Positions 23,369 through 31,514 of a stretch of 32,000 nucleotides of DNA are shown here, in pieces (within the stretch, counting starts at the first letter, position 1; every line of letters begins with the position of its first letter). The notes below the pieces were generated by a model that searched no databases, was not told the DNA's origin, and saw only the letters and a program-made list of their open reading frames with translations. The stretch comes from Pseudodesulfovibrio mercurii. GTDB lineage: Bacteria > Desulfobacterota > Desulfovibrionia > Desulfovibrionales > Desulfovibrionaceae. Position numbers and translations under genes: made by a program. The stretch spans positions 3,826,581-3,858,580 of the forward strand of contig NC_016803.1 in the NCBI RefSeq assembly GCF_000189295.2, written 5' to 3'.

Positions 23369-25063
23369 CTATTCAAGCTGTTCCAATGCCGCTTCAAGCT
23401 GCCCCTGCTGGAGCTCGTACTGGCCGAGCAGCGAGTCGAGCCGGGCGTACTTCAAGCGCAGGTTCCGTTCCAGTTTTTCGATCCTGGTCTCCTCCCAGGC
23501 GATCTTCTCGTCGATGGAGTCCATGATGTCGTTGTAGTTGTTCTGCAGGACCGCCAGGGGGCCGCCGTCGTAGGTGAACTTGTTGTACGGCTTGGTCAGT
23601 TCGGTCAGCTCGTCGATCATCTCGGTGGCCTTGCCCGCCTTGACCGCTATCTGGCCCTCGTAGGTCCCGGCCGCCGTGTTGTTCAGCCTGAGCGCCATAC
23701 CCTTGGCGTCGCCGGTCAGGCCGGTGATCTCCCAGCCCGAGACCGCGGCGTCCTCGCCGTTGATGGTCGCGCTGAGAATCTGGGTGCCGTCGCTGACCAC
23801 CTGGATGTCGTACTCGCCCGGCATGGTCGTGCCGTCGATGAGCGAGGTGAAGGTGAAGTCCGTGGTCCGGCTGACCCCTGTGGGCTCCAGGGCGAAGAGT
23901 TCGGCCACGGCCGTGGGGTCCTCGGACAGGGCCTCCTCGAGCTGCTCGTAGTCGATGGTCAGCAGCCCGTAGGTGGCCGAGCCCTGTTCGGCGTCGGTCA
24001 GGATGCCGAGCTGGGACAGGGCCGAGTACTTGTCGCCCGACAGGGTGTCCTCGTCCCAGGGACTGAAGCCCACGCCGATGTTGGCCGTGATGTTCTTCAG
24101 GTTCTGGGAGACGATGTCGATGCCGTAGTTGCCGGTCAGGATGGACCCCTCGCCCTCGTCGTCCACCTGGGTCAGGGCGATGATCTGGGCCCGGATGACG
24201 TTGACCGATTCCACGAAGGTGCCGATGTTGTCCACGATGGAGTCGGTGTCCGTGGTCACGGTCAGGCTGATGGTGGAGTCCGGGTCCGCCTCCTTGAGAT
24301 TCAGGGTGATGCCCTGAATGATGTCGTCCACGGTGTTGGAGCCGCGTTCGATCCAGCCCGCGTTGGAGGCCGGGAAGCCGTCCACGCGGATCTGGCTGTT
24401 CTGGGCGTTCTGGGTCTCGGTGAAGCTGCCCGCGCCGAACATGATCGAGCCCGCGTTGGAGATGACCAGCTGGTTGTCTGCGCCCAGCCCCTTGCCCGAC
24501 AGCTGGAGGTGGTACGAGGTCCCGTCGAAGAGCGTCGCGGCCTGGATGATCCCCCGCGAATCCGGGTGGTTGTTGATCAGGTTGACGAAGCCCTGCAGGG
24601 TCGTGCCCGCCGAGATGTCGTCGATGGTCACGGACTCGCCGCCGTAGGAAAAAGTGAAGGAGGTGTCGGCGGAGGTGATGACCGCGTCCAGGGAGCTCGC
24701 CCCGGAGCTGGTGATCAGGATGTCGTTGGTGGCCAGTTGGTTGATGACCACGGAGTGGGTGGATTCCAGGGCCTCGGCGTCGGCCGAGGCGGTCAGCAGG
24801 TTGGTGTTGGAGCTGCCCACGGCCTTGGTCATGAACTCATTGAGGGTGTCCATGCCCTCCAGGGTGGTCTTCAGGCTGAGCAGCTGGGTGTTGAGCTCCT
24901 GGAACTGCTCGTTCTTGGCCTCCCAGGTGGCCTTCCAGTTCTCCAGCCGCGTGACACGGGTCCGCTCGACATCGACGAGCCCGTCGATGAGCGTGTTGAA
25001 GTCCGTCCCGTTGCCCAGGCCGGTAAAGTTGATGGAACCCGATGTATACGTGCTGTCTGCCAT
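23369..25063 (-). CDS. fliD: Flagellar filament cap protein FliD (hook-associated protein 2)
   Basis: N-terminal SINFTGLGNGTDFNTLIDGLVDVERTRVTRL and C-terminal coiled-coil ...EKIAWEETRIEKLERNLRLKYARLDSLLGQY are typical of FliD. Located between flagellin and fliS. Confidence 0.9.
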   Translation of the reverse strand: MADSTYTSGSINFTGLGNGTDFNTLIDGLVDVERTRVTRLENWKATWEAKNEQFQELNTQLLSLKTTLEGMDTLNEFMTKAVGSSNTNLLTASADAEALESTHSVVINQLATNDILITSSGASSLDAVITSADTSFTFSYGGESVTIDDISAGTTLQGFVNLINNHPDSRGIIQAATLFDGTSYHLQLSGKGLGADNQLVISNAGSIMFGAGSFTETQNAQNSQIRVDGFPASNAGWIERGSNTVDDIIQGITLNLKEADPDSTISLTVTTDTDSIVDNIGTFVESVNVIRAQIIALTQVDDEGEGSILTGNYGIDIVSQNLKNITANIGVGFSPWDEDTLSGDKYSALSQLGILTDAEQGSATYGLLTIDYEQLEEALSEDPTAVAELFALEPTGVSRTTDFTFTSLIDGTTMPGEYDIQVVSDGTQILSATINGEDAAVSGWEITGLTGDAKGMALRLNNTAAGTYEGQIAVKAGKATEMIDELTELTKPYNKFTYDGGPLAVLQNNYNDIMDSIDEKIAWEETRIEKLERNLRLKYARLDSLLGQYELQQGQLEAALEQLE

Positions 25064-25154
25064 GGCTGCATCCTTGATCGGAAGTTTTTTCCCATTCCAT
25101 TAGGTATGAAATGGTCTGCAAACCTGATGCCACGGTGGTAATATAAAAATATCC

Positions 25155-25193
25155 AGTAAAAACAATGGGCCGGACCCCAAAGGAGCCCGGCCC
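25155..25193 (-). terminator. Rho-independent terminator after the flagellin gene
   Basis: On the minus strand: GGGCCGGGCTC-CTTT-GGGGTCCGGCCC followed by ATTGTTTTTAC, about 30 nt after the flagellin stop. Confidence 0.7.
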
Positions 25194-25224
25194 GAAAGTC
25201 GCCTTGAAGCGATGCGATGACTGC

Positions 25225-26112
25225 CTAGCCGAGCAGGGACAGGGCCATTCTCGGCATGCTGTTGGCCTGGGCCAGCATGGAGACAGCCGACTGGGTCAGA
25301 ATCTGGTTGCGCACGAATTCGGTCATCTCGGTGGCCACGTCCACGTCGGAGATGCGGGATTCGGCGGCCTGGACGTTCTCGGCCTGGATTTCCAGGACGG
25401 TCACGGTGTTTTCCAGGCGGTTCTGCAGCGAACCGAGGTTGGCGCGGATCTTATCCTTGGAGATGATCGCGTTGTTCAGGACGTCCAGGGCCTGCTGCGC
25501 CAGCTGCTGGGTGGAGATGGAGCGGCCGGCGGTACCGGTGGCGCCGAGACCGACACCGAGAGCGGAGGCCGTGGCCGTGCCGATCTGGATGTAGTAGTAG
25601 TCTTCCGCGCAGTCGTTGCCGGTGCCGAAGTGGACCTTCAGCTTGCCGGTGGCCTTGAGGCCGGAACCGTCGTGGGTCGCGCCGGACAGGGCGCCGTTGA
25701 GCAGGTAGATGCCGTTGAAGTCGGTGGAGTTGGCGATACGGGTGATTTCCGAGGCCATGGCCTGGTACTCGGAGTCGATGATCAGGCGCTGGTCGGAGTT
25801 GTAGGTACCCGTGGAGGCCTGCATGGCCAGTTCCTTCATACGGATCAGCTTTTCATCGATGACGCCGAGCGCGCCGTCCGCCGTCTGGATGAGGGAGATG
25901 GCGTCGTTGGCGTTGCGGATGCCCTGCTGCAGGGAGCTGATGTCGGCACGCATCAATTCGCGGACGGCCAGACCGGCGGCGTCGTCGGCGGACTGGGTGA
26001 TGCGCAGACCCGAGGACAGGCGACGGGTGGACGTTTCCAGGTTGCCGTAGGACACACCCAGGTTGCGCGCAGCGTTCATCGCCATCAAGTTGTGGTTGAT
26101 AACCAGGGACAT
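25225..26112 (-). CDS. fliC: Flagellin (short, 295 aa, minimal variable domain)
   Basis: N-terminal MSLVINHNLMAMNAARNLG...RLSSGLRITQSADDAAGLAV and C-terminal ...TEFVRNQILTQSAVSMLAQANSMPRMALSLLG. AAGGAGGA RBS. Confidence 0.95.
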   Translation of the reverse strand: MSLVINHNLMAMNAARNLGVSYGNLETSTRRLSSGLRITQSADDAAGLAVRELMRADISSLQQGIRNANDAISLIQTADGALGVIDEKLIRMKELAMQASTGTYNSDQRLIIDSEYQAMASEITRIANSTDFNGIYLLNGALSGATHDGSGLKATGKLKVHFGTGNDCAEDYYYIQIGTATASALGVGLGATGTAGRSISTQQLAQQALDVLNNAIISKDKIRANLGSLQNRLENTVTVLEIQAENVQAAESRISDVDVATEMTEFVRNQILTQSAVSMLAQANSMPRMALSLLG

Positions 26113-26204
26113 AATTTCCTCCTTGAAATTGTTTTGGCTTCCATGCCTAGGTCTTACCCCGGTCGGTCACATGCCGCCGGGAAACCTTTCTTTTGTTGCC
26201 CACT

Positions 26205-26231
26205 TCATCGGCGACGGCGAAGAAAACTTTA
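26205..26231 (-). promoter_or_regulatory. Sigma-28 (FliA) promoter of the flagellin gene
   Basis: The minus strand reads TAAAGTTT-N11-GCCGATGA, against the enterobacterial-type consensus TAAAGTTT-N11-GCCGATAA. The -10 element ends about 90 nt upstream of the flagellin ATG. Confidence 0.75.
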
Positions 26232-26404
26232 GGTTGCGTGAACGATTTTTTACGTCCCTGAACGTGGAAAGGAAAAACGGCCCCGAGCGCGGCCCGGAGC
26301 CGTCTTCACGACAGCCCGCAAAGGGCGGTGTGCGCCGCAGGATTGCGCCGAGAGTATGCGGTGATTATTGGAGAAAAACTGCCGATAGGCAGGAACTGCC
26401 GGGG

Positions 26405-28078
26405 TCAGGCAAAGGTCTCGCGGACAACATCAAGAAGCCTTTGCAACCGGTGTTCGTAGGTGTGTTCGGCCAGGATGCGCCGGGCCGCGGCCCGGACCAC
26501 AGCCGTGCGCGCCGCCGGGTCGGCCGCGAACCGTTGGGCCAGGTCCGGAATCTCCTCCACGCTACGGTAGACCGCGGCCTCGCGGTCCAGATCGAAGAGG
26601 TCCTCCATCTGCTCGCGGTGGTCGGTCAGCAGGAAGCCGCCGCAGGCCGGGACGTCGAAGACCCGCTGGTTGACCGCGCCCTTCATCTGGCGGCTGGTGC
26701 AGTTGAAGTTGATCTTCGAGCGCGGGTAGAAGCGGGGCAGGTCCGCGTAGTAATCCAGTGGCGGCAGGAGCCGCGCGTCCGCCCCGTCCAGGAGCCCGGC
26801 CCAGCCGTCGTCGCCCACGATGAGCGGGGAAAAGGGCAGGGTGGCCCGCACGCAGGCCAGGCGGTACTGCCGGGTAGCCTCCCAGGTGAGCAGGGCTTCG
26901 GCGGCCAGCCGCTGTTCGCGCGTGGGCAACGCCGTCACGGCCGCGAGCCAGGCCGGCCGCTCGGCCGCAAGAAACCGGGTGACCGAGGTCTCGCCCGAGC
27001 GTCCGAAGGCCCCGGCCACTGCCCGGTACTCACGGGCCAGGGGGGTGGGCAGCCCGGCCAGGGCCAGGCTTTTGGCCACGGGGCGGGTCATGGAACTGCC
27101 CACGAAGGACAGGTCCGCCGTCCACCGGCTCGGGGCCGGGCCCGCGTCCGGGCGGAAGCGGTGGGGGTCCGTGGCCAGGGGCAGGTAGTGGACGTGCCGG
27201 AATCCCCTGGCGCGCATCTCGTCGAGGTTGCCCGCGTCGAAGGTGAAGATGACCGTGTTGTCCGCGCCGGGGTGGTCGTAGTCGAAGAGGATCAGGCGCG
27301 GGTTGTCCACGAACCAGGAGGCCAGGGGCAGGCCGAGGTCGTCGAGCAGTCCGGCCAGCTTGCCCTCGCGGTCCAGACCGAAGTGGTTGACCGTCAGGAC
27401 CAGGTCCGGGCGGAAGTCGACGACCGCCTTGAGCAGCCCCTCGATGAATGCGCCCGAGCCGATCTCGCGGTCGTCCAGCGGCAGGGTGCGGTGGGCCGCG
27501 CCGAGTCGGTCCAGGGCGGCCAGGATCTCCCGGCACAGGAAGTAGTCCGAGTCGAGGAAGAGCACGCGCGGCCCTGCGTTGCGGAACTTGGGATAGCGGG
27601 CCAGGGACCAGAAGTCCGTGGCCGCGCCCGCCTTGAGGGTCCTCGCCAGGGCGCCGTACCAGTCGCGGTCCAGGCGCTGGTACAGGGGCAGGATCACCGG
27701 GACCAGCGGGCGGCCGCCGTGTTGTTTTCTCCACTCGCCGAGTCGCTTCACGACTTCGGCCGGGTCCGGGGCGTCCAGGTGCAGGCAGGTCCCGGCGGAA
27801 CGGCCGTCCAGGGCCCCGGTCAGTTCGAGAAGCGCGTTTTCCCGGTCGGCCACGGCCACGGGCAGGCCGCGCTCCAGCAGGAGGTCCAGGGCATGGCCCA
27901 GGCCCGCGCCCAGGAGCACGGGCAGCCCGTCGTCCGGCACGCCTGCGGCCAGTTCGGCCTCGCGTCCGCGCCCGTCGCGGCCCCACAGATGCCAGGTCTT
28001 GCCCTGGACGCGGACGCGCAGGTCCGCCAGGGCGTTGTTGTCCAGGACCGCTTCGGCCGTGTACGGGGTGGGGCTCAT
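26405..28078 (-). CDS. CgeB-family / DUF3880-type glycosyltransferase-like protein
   Basis: C-terminal Glyco_trans_1_2-like region [41 protein letters not shown]...[13 protein letters not shown]. The N-terminal [14 protein letters not shown] motif resembles the N-terminus of the 20349-21572 protein. Confidence 0.65.
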   Translation of the reverse strand: MSPTPYTAEAVLDNNALADLRVRVQGKTWHLWGRDGRGREAELAAGVPDDGLPVLLGAGLGHALDLLLERGLPVAVADRENALLELTGALDGRSAGTCLHLDAPDPAEVVKRLGEWRKQHGGRPLVPVILPLYQRLDRDWYGALARTLKAGAATDFWSLARYPKFRNAGPRVLFLDSDYFLCREILAALDRLGAAHRTLPLDDREIGSGAFIEGLLKAVVDFRPDLVLTVNHFGLDREGKLAGLLDDLGLPLASWFVDNPRLILFDYDHPGADNTVIFTFDAGNLDEMRARGFRHVHYLPLATDPHRFRPDAGPAPSRWTADLSFVGSSMTRPVAKSLALAGLPTPLAREYRAVAGAFGRSGETSVTRFLAAERPAWLAAVTALPTREQRLAAEALLTWEATRQYRLACVRATLPFSPLIVGDDGWAGLLDGADARLLPPLDYYADLPRFYPRSKINFNCTSRQMKGAVNQRVFDVPACGGFLLTDHREQMEDLFDLDREAAVYRSVEEIPDLAQRFAADPAARTAVVRAAARRILAEHTYEHRLQRLLDVVRETFA

Positions 28079-28140
28079 GCTCTGGACCTTTACTGTATTC
28101 GGGGGGCGGACGGCAAGGGCGGGGTGCGGAGGGCGAGGAC

Positions 28141-28174
28141 GGGAAAGGCCGCCCCGGCATGTGCCGGGGCGGCC
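28141..28174 (-). terminator. Hairpin (probable terminator) after the membrane-anchored protein gene
   Basis: Perfect 13-bp palindrome GGCCGCCCCGGCA-TG-TGCCGGGGCGGCC. On the minus strand it is followed only by TTTCCC, a weak U-tract. Confidence 0.5.
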
Positions 28175-28198
28175 CCTGATGTCGCGTTCGGTTCGGTG

Positions 28199-28999
28199 CT
28201 ATTCCTTGGAGCCGCCGAACAGCCCCTTGATGGCGCCGCCCACGGATTCGCCGGCCTCGCCCGCGCCCTCCACGGCCTTGCCCGCGCCTTCAACGGCCTT
28301 GCCCAGGGCTTCCTTGAGCTGCTTGGTCACCTGGGTGACCGTGCCGGTCACGTCGCCGGTCATCTCGCCGAGAATCTGGGCGAAGGCCTCGGCCGGGGTG
28401 GTGTCCTTTTCCTTGCCGATGTCCTTCAGGTGGATGTCCGGCAGGTCGATGCCCATGCCCTGGTCCCCGAAGGCGTCGAGCAGGGAGCCTCCGAGGTTGA
28501 TCTTGCCGTTCTTGACGATGAAGTCGTTGATCTGGATCTTCTTTTCGGAGCCGGTCTCGGACTTCTTCTCCTCGGACTTGGCGGCCGTCTTTTCACCGGC
28601 CACGGTCTTCTGGATGTTGTTGACGATGGTCTGGAAGTTGTCGGTGTTGCCGCGTTTCTCGTAGCTGATCACCGGGCTGTCCACGTAGATTTCCTCGATG
28701 ATGATCTTGTCCGAGGTCAGGGAGTCGGTGTTGACCTTGACGCGGATGGTCCCGCACTCCACGGCGCTGGGCATCTTGAAGCCCTGCGGGTTGCCCAGGT
28801 AGAAGTTGGACAGGGTTCCGGACCCGGACAGGACCGAGATGTCGGCGCCGCCGAGGCGGACCTCGGTCTTGGTGATGGGCGGCCCGAACTCCTCCACGGC
28901 GGTCTTGATCAGGTCGCCGAGGTTGAGGATGACGAGCACGATGGCGGTGATGATGCCCGCGACGAGGACGCCTGCGCCGATGAGGATGTATTTTTTCAT
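28199..28999 (-). CDS. N-terminally membrane-anchored protein of unknown function with a Gly/Ala/Glu-rich repeated C-terminus
   Basis: MKKYILIGAGVLVAGIITAIVLVILNL anchor and an AGGAG RBS 6 nt upstream of the ATG at 28999. The listed 517-aa ORF has an implausible Arg/Pro/Gly-rich extension overlapping the next gene. Confidence 0.75.
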   Translation of the reverse strand: MKKYILIGAGVLVAGIITAIVLVILNLGDLIKTAVEEFGPPITKTEVRLGGADISVLSGSGTLSNFYLGNPQGFKMPSAVECGTIRVKVNTDSLTSDKIIIEEIYVDSPVISYEKRGNTDNFQTIVNNIQKTVAGEKTAAKSEEKKSETGSEKKIQINDFIVKNGKINLGGSLLDAFGDQGMGIDLPDIHLKDIGKEKDTTPAEAFAQILGEMTGDVTGTVTQVTKQLKEALGKAVEGAGKAVEGAGEAGESVGGAIKGLFGGSKE

Positions 29000-29067
29000 G
29001 ACGACTCCTGGTTGGTTGTGTGGACTATGGGCAAACGATACGGCATTTGCGTTGGCAGGGCAACATC

Positions 29068-30054
29068 CTATCGGGAATGTTGCGGAAGTGTCGGAAAGAG
29101 CGGATCGGCCATGTGGCGCATGTCTTTGGTGCCCGCGCCGCGTCGGCCCGAATCCAGGGACGGCCCGGCCTCGGGCAGGATGCGCCCGGCCCCGTCGAAG
29201 ACCGCCGGTTCCAGTCGGCGGCACAGGTCGGCGGCCCGGTCGGCGGCCCGGTTCATGAGCCGGGCCAGGGTCTCCTCGCGGACCTCGTCGGACACCGGGT
29301 CGCGGTAACGGATGGCGTTGGCGACGCGGGCCCCCTGTTCGAGCCACTGGGGGGCATAGAACAGGGCGGCGATCTCCCTGGCCGTGTCCGGCAGCCACGG
29401 GGCGGCCCGGTACAGGGCTCCGGCCAGCCCGGTCCGGGGGAACAGGGACTGGAAGCGGGCGAACAGCCCGAAGGCCGAGGCCAGGGCCGGGACCGCGCGC
29501 CGAGGCCCCACGCCCGCCAGGTCCGCCAGGCCGTCCATGGGCAGGGCCTCGAACAGGGCAGGCCCCAGGGAGGCGAGCTGGTTGCCGATGCGGTAGAGGG
29601 GGCGGCCGAGCATCTCCGGGCAGGCGGTCATGTCCATGAGCGACTCCAGGGCGCGGTGACGCTGGCGGGCCAGGGACTTCTCGCGCCGGGAGTCGGCGTA
29701 GTAGTCGCCGGTCAGGTGCCAGACCATGGGATGCATGACCGTGTCCGCCCACAGGTGGGAGGCCATGCCCACCAGCAGGGCGGCGGCCAGGTCGCGGTCC
29801 GTGGCCCCGGCCGCGTGGCGCGCCTGGAGCCGGAGCAGGGCATAGGTGTCCTCGCCCCGGGCCCCGTGGAGGCGATGGGCCAGCCGGGCCATGGGCAGGG
29901 CGCGGGGCAGGGCCGCGAAGAACAGGGCGTCGTGGAACACGGCCCCGAGAAGCATGGCCTGGGGCCGGGCGGCCAGGCCGGGCGCGAAACGGGTGTCGGC
30001 CAGCCGGGCGGCGGTCATTTCGGCGGTCTTGAAGTGGATCAGTTCCTTGGGCAT
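29068..30054 (-). CDS. Zinc-dependent phospholipase C-like family protein (tentative)
   Basis: His/Asp pattern reminiscent of Zn_dep_PLPC proteins: MPKELIHF near the N-terminus, AVFHDALF and SHLWADTVMHP. The family call is from memory of motif layout only. Confidence 0.5.
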   Translation of the reverse strand: MPKELIHFKTAEMTAARLADTRFAPGLAARPQAMLLGAVFHDALFFAALPRALPMARLAHRLHGARGEDTYALLRLQARHAAGATDRDLAAALLVGMASHLWADTVMHPMVWHLTGDYYADSRREKSLARQRHRALESLMDMTACPEMLGRPLYRIGNQLASLGPALFEALPMDGLADLAGVGPRRAVPALASAFGLFARFQSLFPRTGLAGALYRAAPWLPDTAREIAALFYAPQWLEQGARVANAIRYRDPVSDEVREETLARLMNRAADRAADLCRRLEPAVFDGAGRILPEAGPSLDSGRRGAGTKDMRHMADPLFPTLPQHSR

Positions 30055-30140
30055 GGCGGTCGGTTTAGGGTTTGCCTTTCCGCCATCCTACTTGATACCG
30101 TGCCCGTGGCAACACAAACCTGCAACGGAACGGAAAGGGC

Positions 30141-30668
30141 ATGGGCAAATATCTCATCAACGAGGAATACGAGGTGGAGGACGCCGGGGCGACCCGGGGC
30201 TACGTCCGGGGTGAGCGGCGCGAGGACTACGCAGACTCGTGGCGGGAGACCGGCAACGTGGTCCTGCTCGGCCTGCCCGGCTCGGGCCGGGCGGAGCTGG
30301 CCCGTCTGCTCGCCGAGCGCACCGGCAAGCCCGTGCTCGCGCCCGTGGACGCGGCCTCGGCCGCCGAGGCCCTGGCCGGACAGGGCGCGATCATCGTGCT
30401 CCCGGACCGGCTGGCTGACCACCCCGAGGTCCGGCCGCTGATCCACCCGGCGGGCAAGGTCTTCTACCTCCTGGCCGACACCCGGCTGCTCTCGGGCAGG
30501 GTGGCCGAGCGGGACGGCGTCGCGGACGCGGACGAACTGTGGCGGACGCTCTCGGCCCGGCTGGCCGAGGTGGAGCCGACCTTATACAGCGTGCTCCACT
30601 TCATCCTGCAGGGCGCGCGGTCCCCGGCGGAGCTGGTGGACGACGCCCTGGAGAAGATCGGCTATTAG
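30141..30668 (+). CDS. Shikimate-kinase-like P-loop protein with a degenerate Walker A
   Basis: VVLLGLPGSGRAELARLLAERTGKPVL aligns with the AroK N-terminus, but GxxGxGK[ST] is replaced by GLPGSGRA. The length (175 aa) is AroK-like. Confidence 0.5.
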   Translation: MGKYLINEEYEVEDAGATRGYVRGERREDYADSWRETGNVVLLGLPGSGRAELARLLAERTGKPVLAPVDAASAAEALAGQGAIIVLPDRLADHPEVRPLIHPAGKVFYLLADTRLLSGRVAERDGVADADELWRTLSARLAEVEPTLYSVLHFILQGARSPAELVDDALEKIGY

Positions 30669-30779
30669 CCGGACGCTCGGGCCTGACGCGGGGACCGGGG
30701 ACTGGTGACAGCCCGGCCGGTTTGCGGTAAGCAGGAAGACCCTTCACCCATCCACTACATATATATTGGAGCTCGATAC

Positions 30780-31514
30780 ATGCCGGAAAAGCAACTCAGG
30801 GTCGAATGCCTGGCCGTGACCCCCAATGCCCTGTCCCTCATCTACGCCGCGTTTCGCCAGTGCTACCACGCCGGGTTCGTGGCCGACATGTGGCCCCGGC
30901 TGCTCTCCGGCGAGATCGATCCCGAGGTCCAGGCGGACTTCGTGGCCAAGACCATGGAGTCGGGCCACGACAGCCCCATCGAGCACGTGTCCATGACCTT
31001 CGCGGTGGAGGGCATCTCCAGGGCCTGCTCCCACCAGGTGGTCCGGCACCGCATCGCCTCCTACTCGCAGCAGAGCCAGCGCTACGTGGCCGAGAACGAC
31101 ATGGACTACATCCTGCCTCCGGCCATCGCGAAAATTCCCGAGGCCAGGGAGCGGTTCGAGTCGTTCATGGCCGAGGTGCAGTCCGCCTACACCGACCTGC
31201 GCGACATCCTGGTGGCCAACGGACGCAAGTCCAAGGCCAACGAGGACGCCCGTTTCGTCCTGCCCCAGGCGGCCGAGACCAAGATCGTCCTGACCATGAA
31301 CTGCCGCAGCCTGCACCATTTCTTCCACCTGCGCTGCTGCAACCGCGCCCAGTGGGAGGTCCGGGCCATGGCCAACGAGATGCTGGCCATCTGCAAGGAG
31401 AAGCTGCCCGCCCTCTTCAAGAACGGCGGGGCGCGCTGCGAGCAGCTCGGATACTGCCCGGAATCCCCAAAATTCGCCTGCGGAAAATACCCGACCCGCC
31501 AGACGCAGGGCTGA
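30780..31514 (+). CDS. thyX: FAD-dependent thymidylate synthase ThyX
   Basis: ThyX signature RHRIASYSQQSQRY, plus SPIEHVSMTF and MNCRSLHHFFHLRC. I prefer the ATG at 30780 (MPEKQLRVE...) over the listed upstream start. Confidence 0.92.
   Translation: MPEKQLRVECLAVTPNALSLIYAAFRQCYHAGFVADMWPRLLSGEIDPEVQADFVAKTMESGHDSPIEHVSMTFAVEGISRACSHQVVRHRIASYSQQSQRYVAENDMDYILPPAIAKIPEARERFESFMAEVQSAYTDLRDILVANGRKSKANEDARFVLPQAAETKIVLTMNCRSLHHFFHLRCCNRAQWEVRAMANEMLAICKEKLPALFKNGGARCEQLGYCPESPKFACGKYPTRQTQG

Noticed and set aside
25075-25110. Sigma-28-like motif (TAAT-N16-TCCGATCA, minus strand) just upstream of fliD
   Set aside because: The spacing is off by one, the -35 is poor, and the -10-like element ends about 13 nt before the ATG. 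A transcript started there would lack the AAGGA RBS. fliD is more likely driven from further upstream or by read-through.
26372-26400. Short alternative hairpins CTGCC/GGCAG/CTGCC after the CgeB-like stop, as a terminator
   Set aside because: The stems are only 5 bp. The adjacent plus-strand GCCGATA motif also tempted a sigma-28 call, but it points into the 3' end of a convergent gene and has no TAAA -35. This is too weak to report as a feature.
26063-29308. 1081-aa plus-strand ORF across the flagellin leader, the CgeB-like gene and the membrane protein gene
   Set aside because: Antisense to genes with good RBS and start context and family motifs. It is extremely Arg/Gly/Ala/Pro-rich. Shadow ORF.
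30096-30115. Sigma-54-like TGGCAACACAAACCTGCA between the divergent PLC-like and AroK-like genes
   Set aside because: The GG to GC spacing is two nt longer than the strict -24/-12 geometry (14 versus 12 nt).
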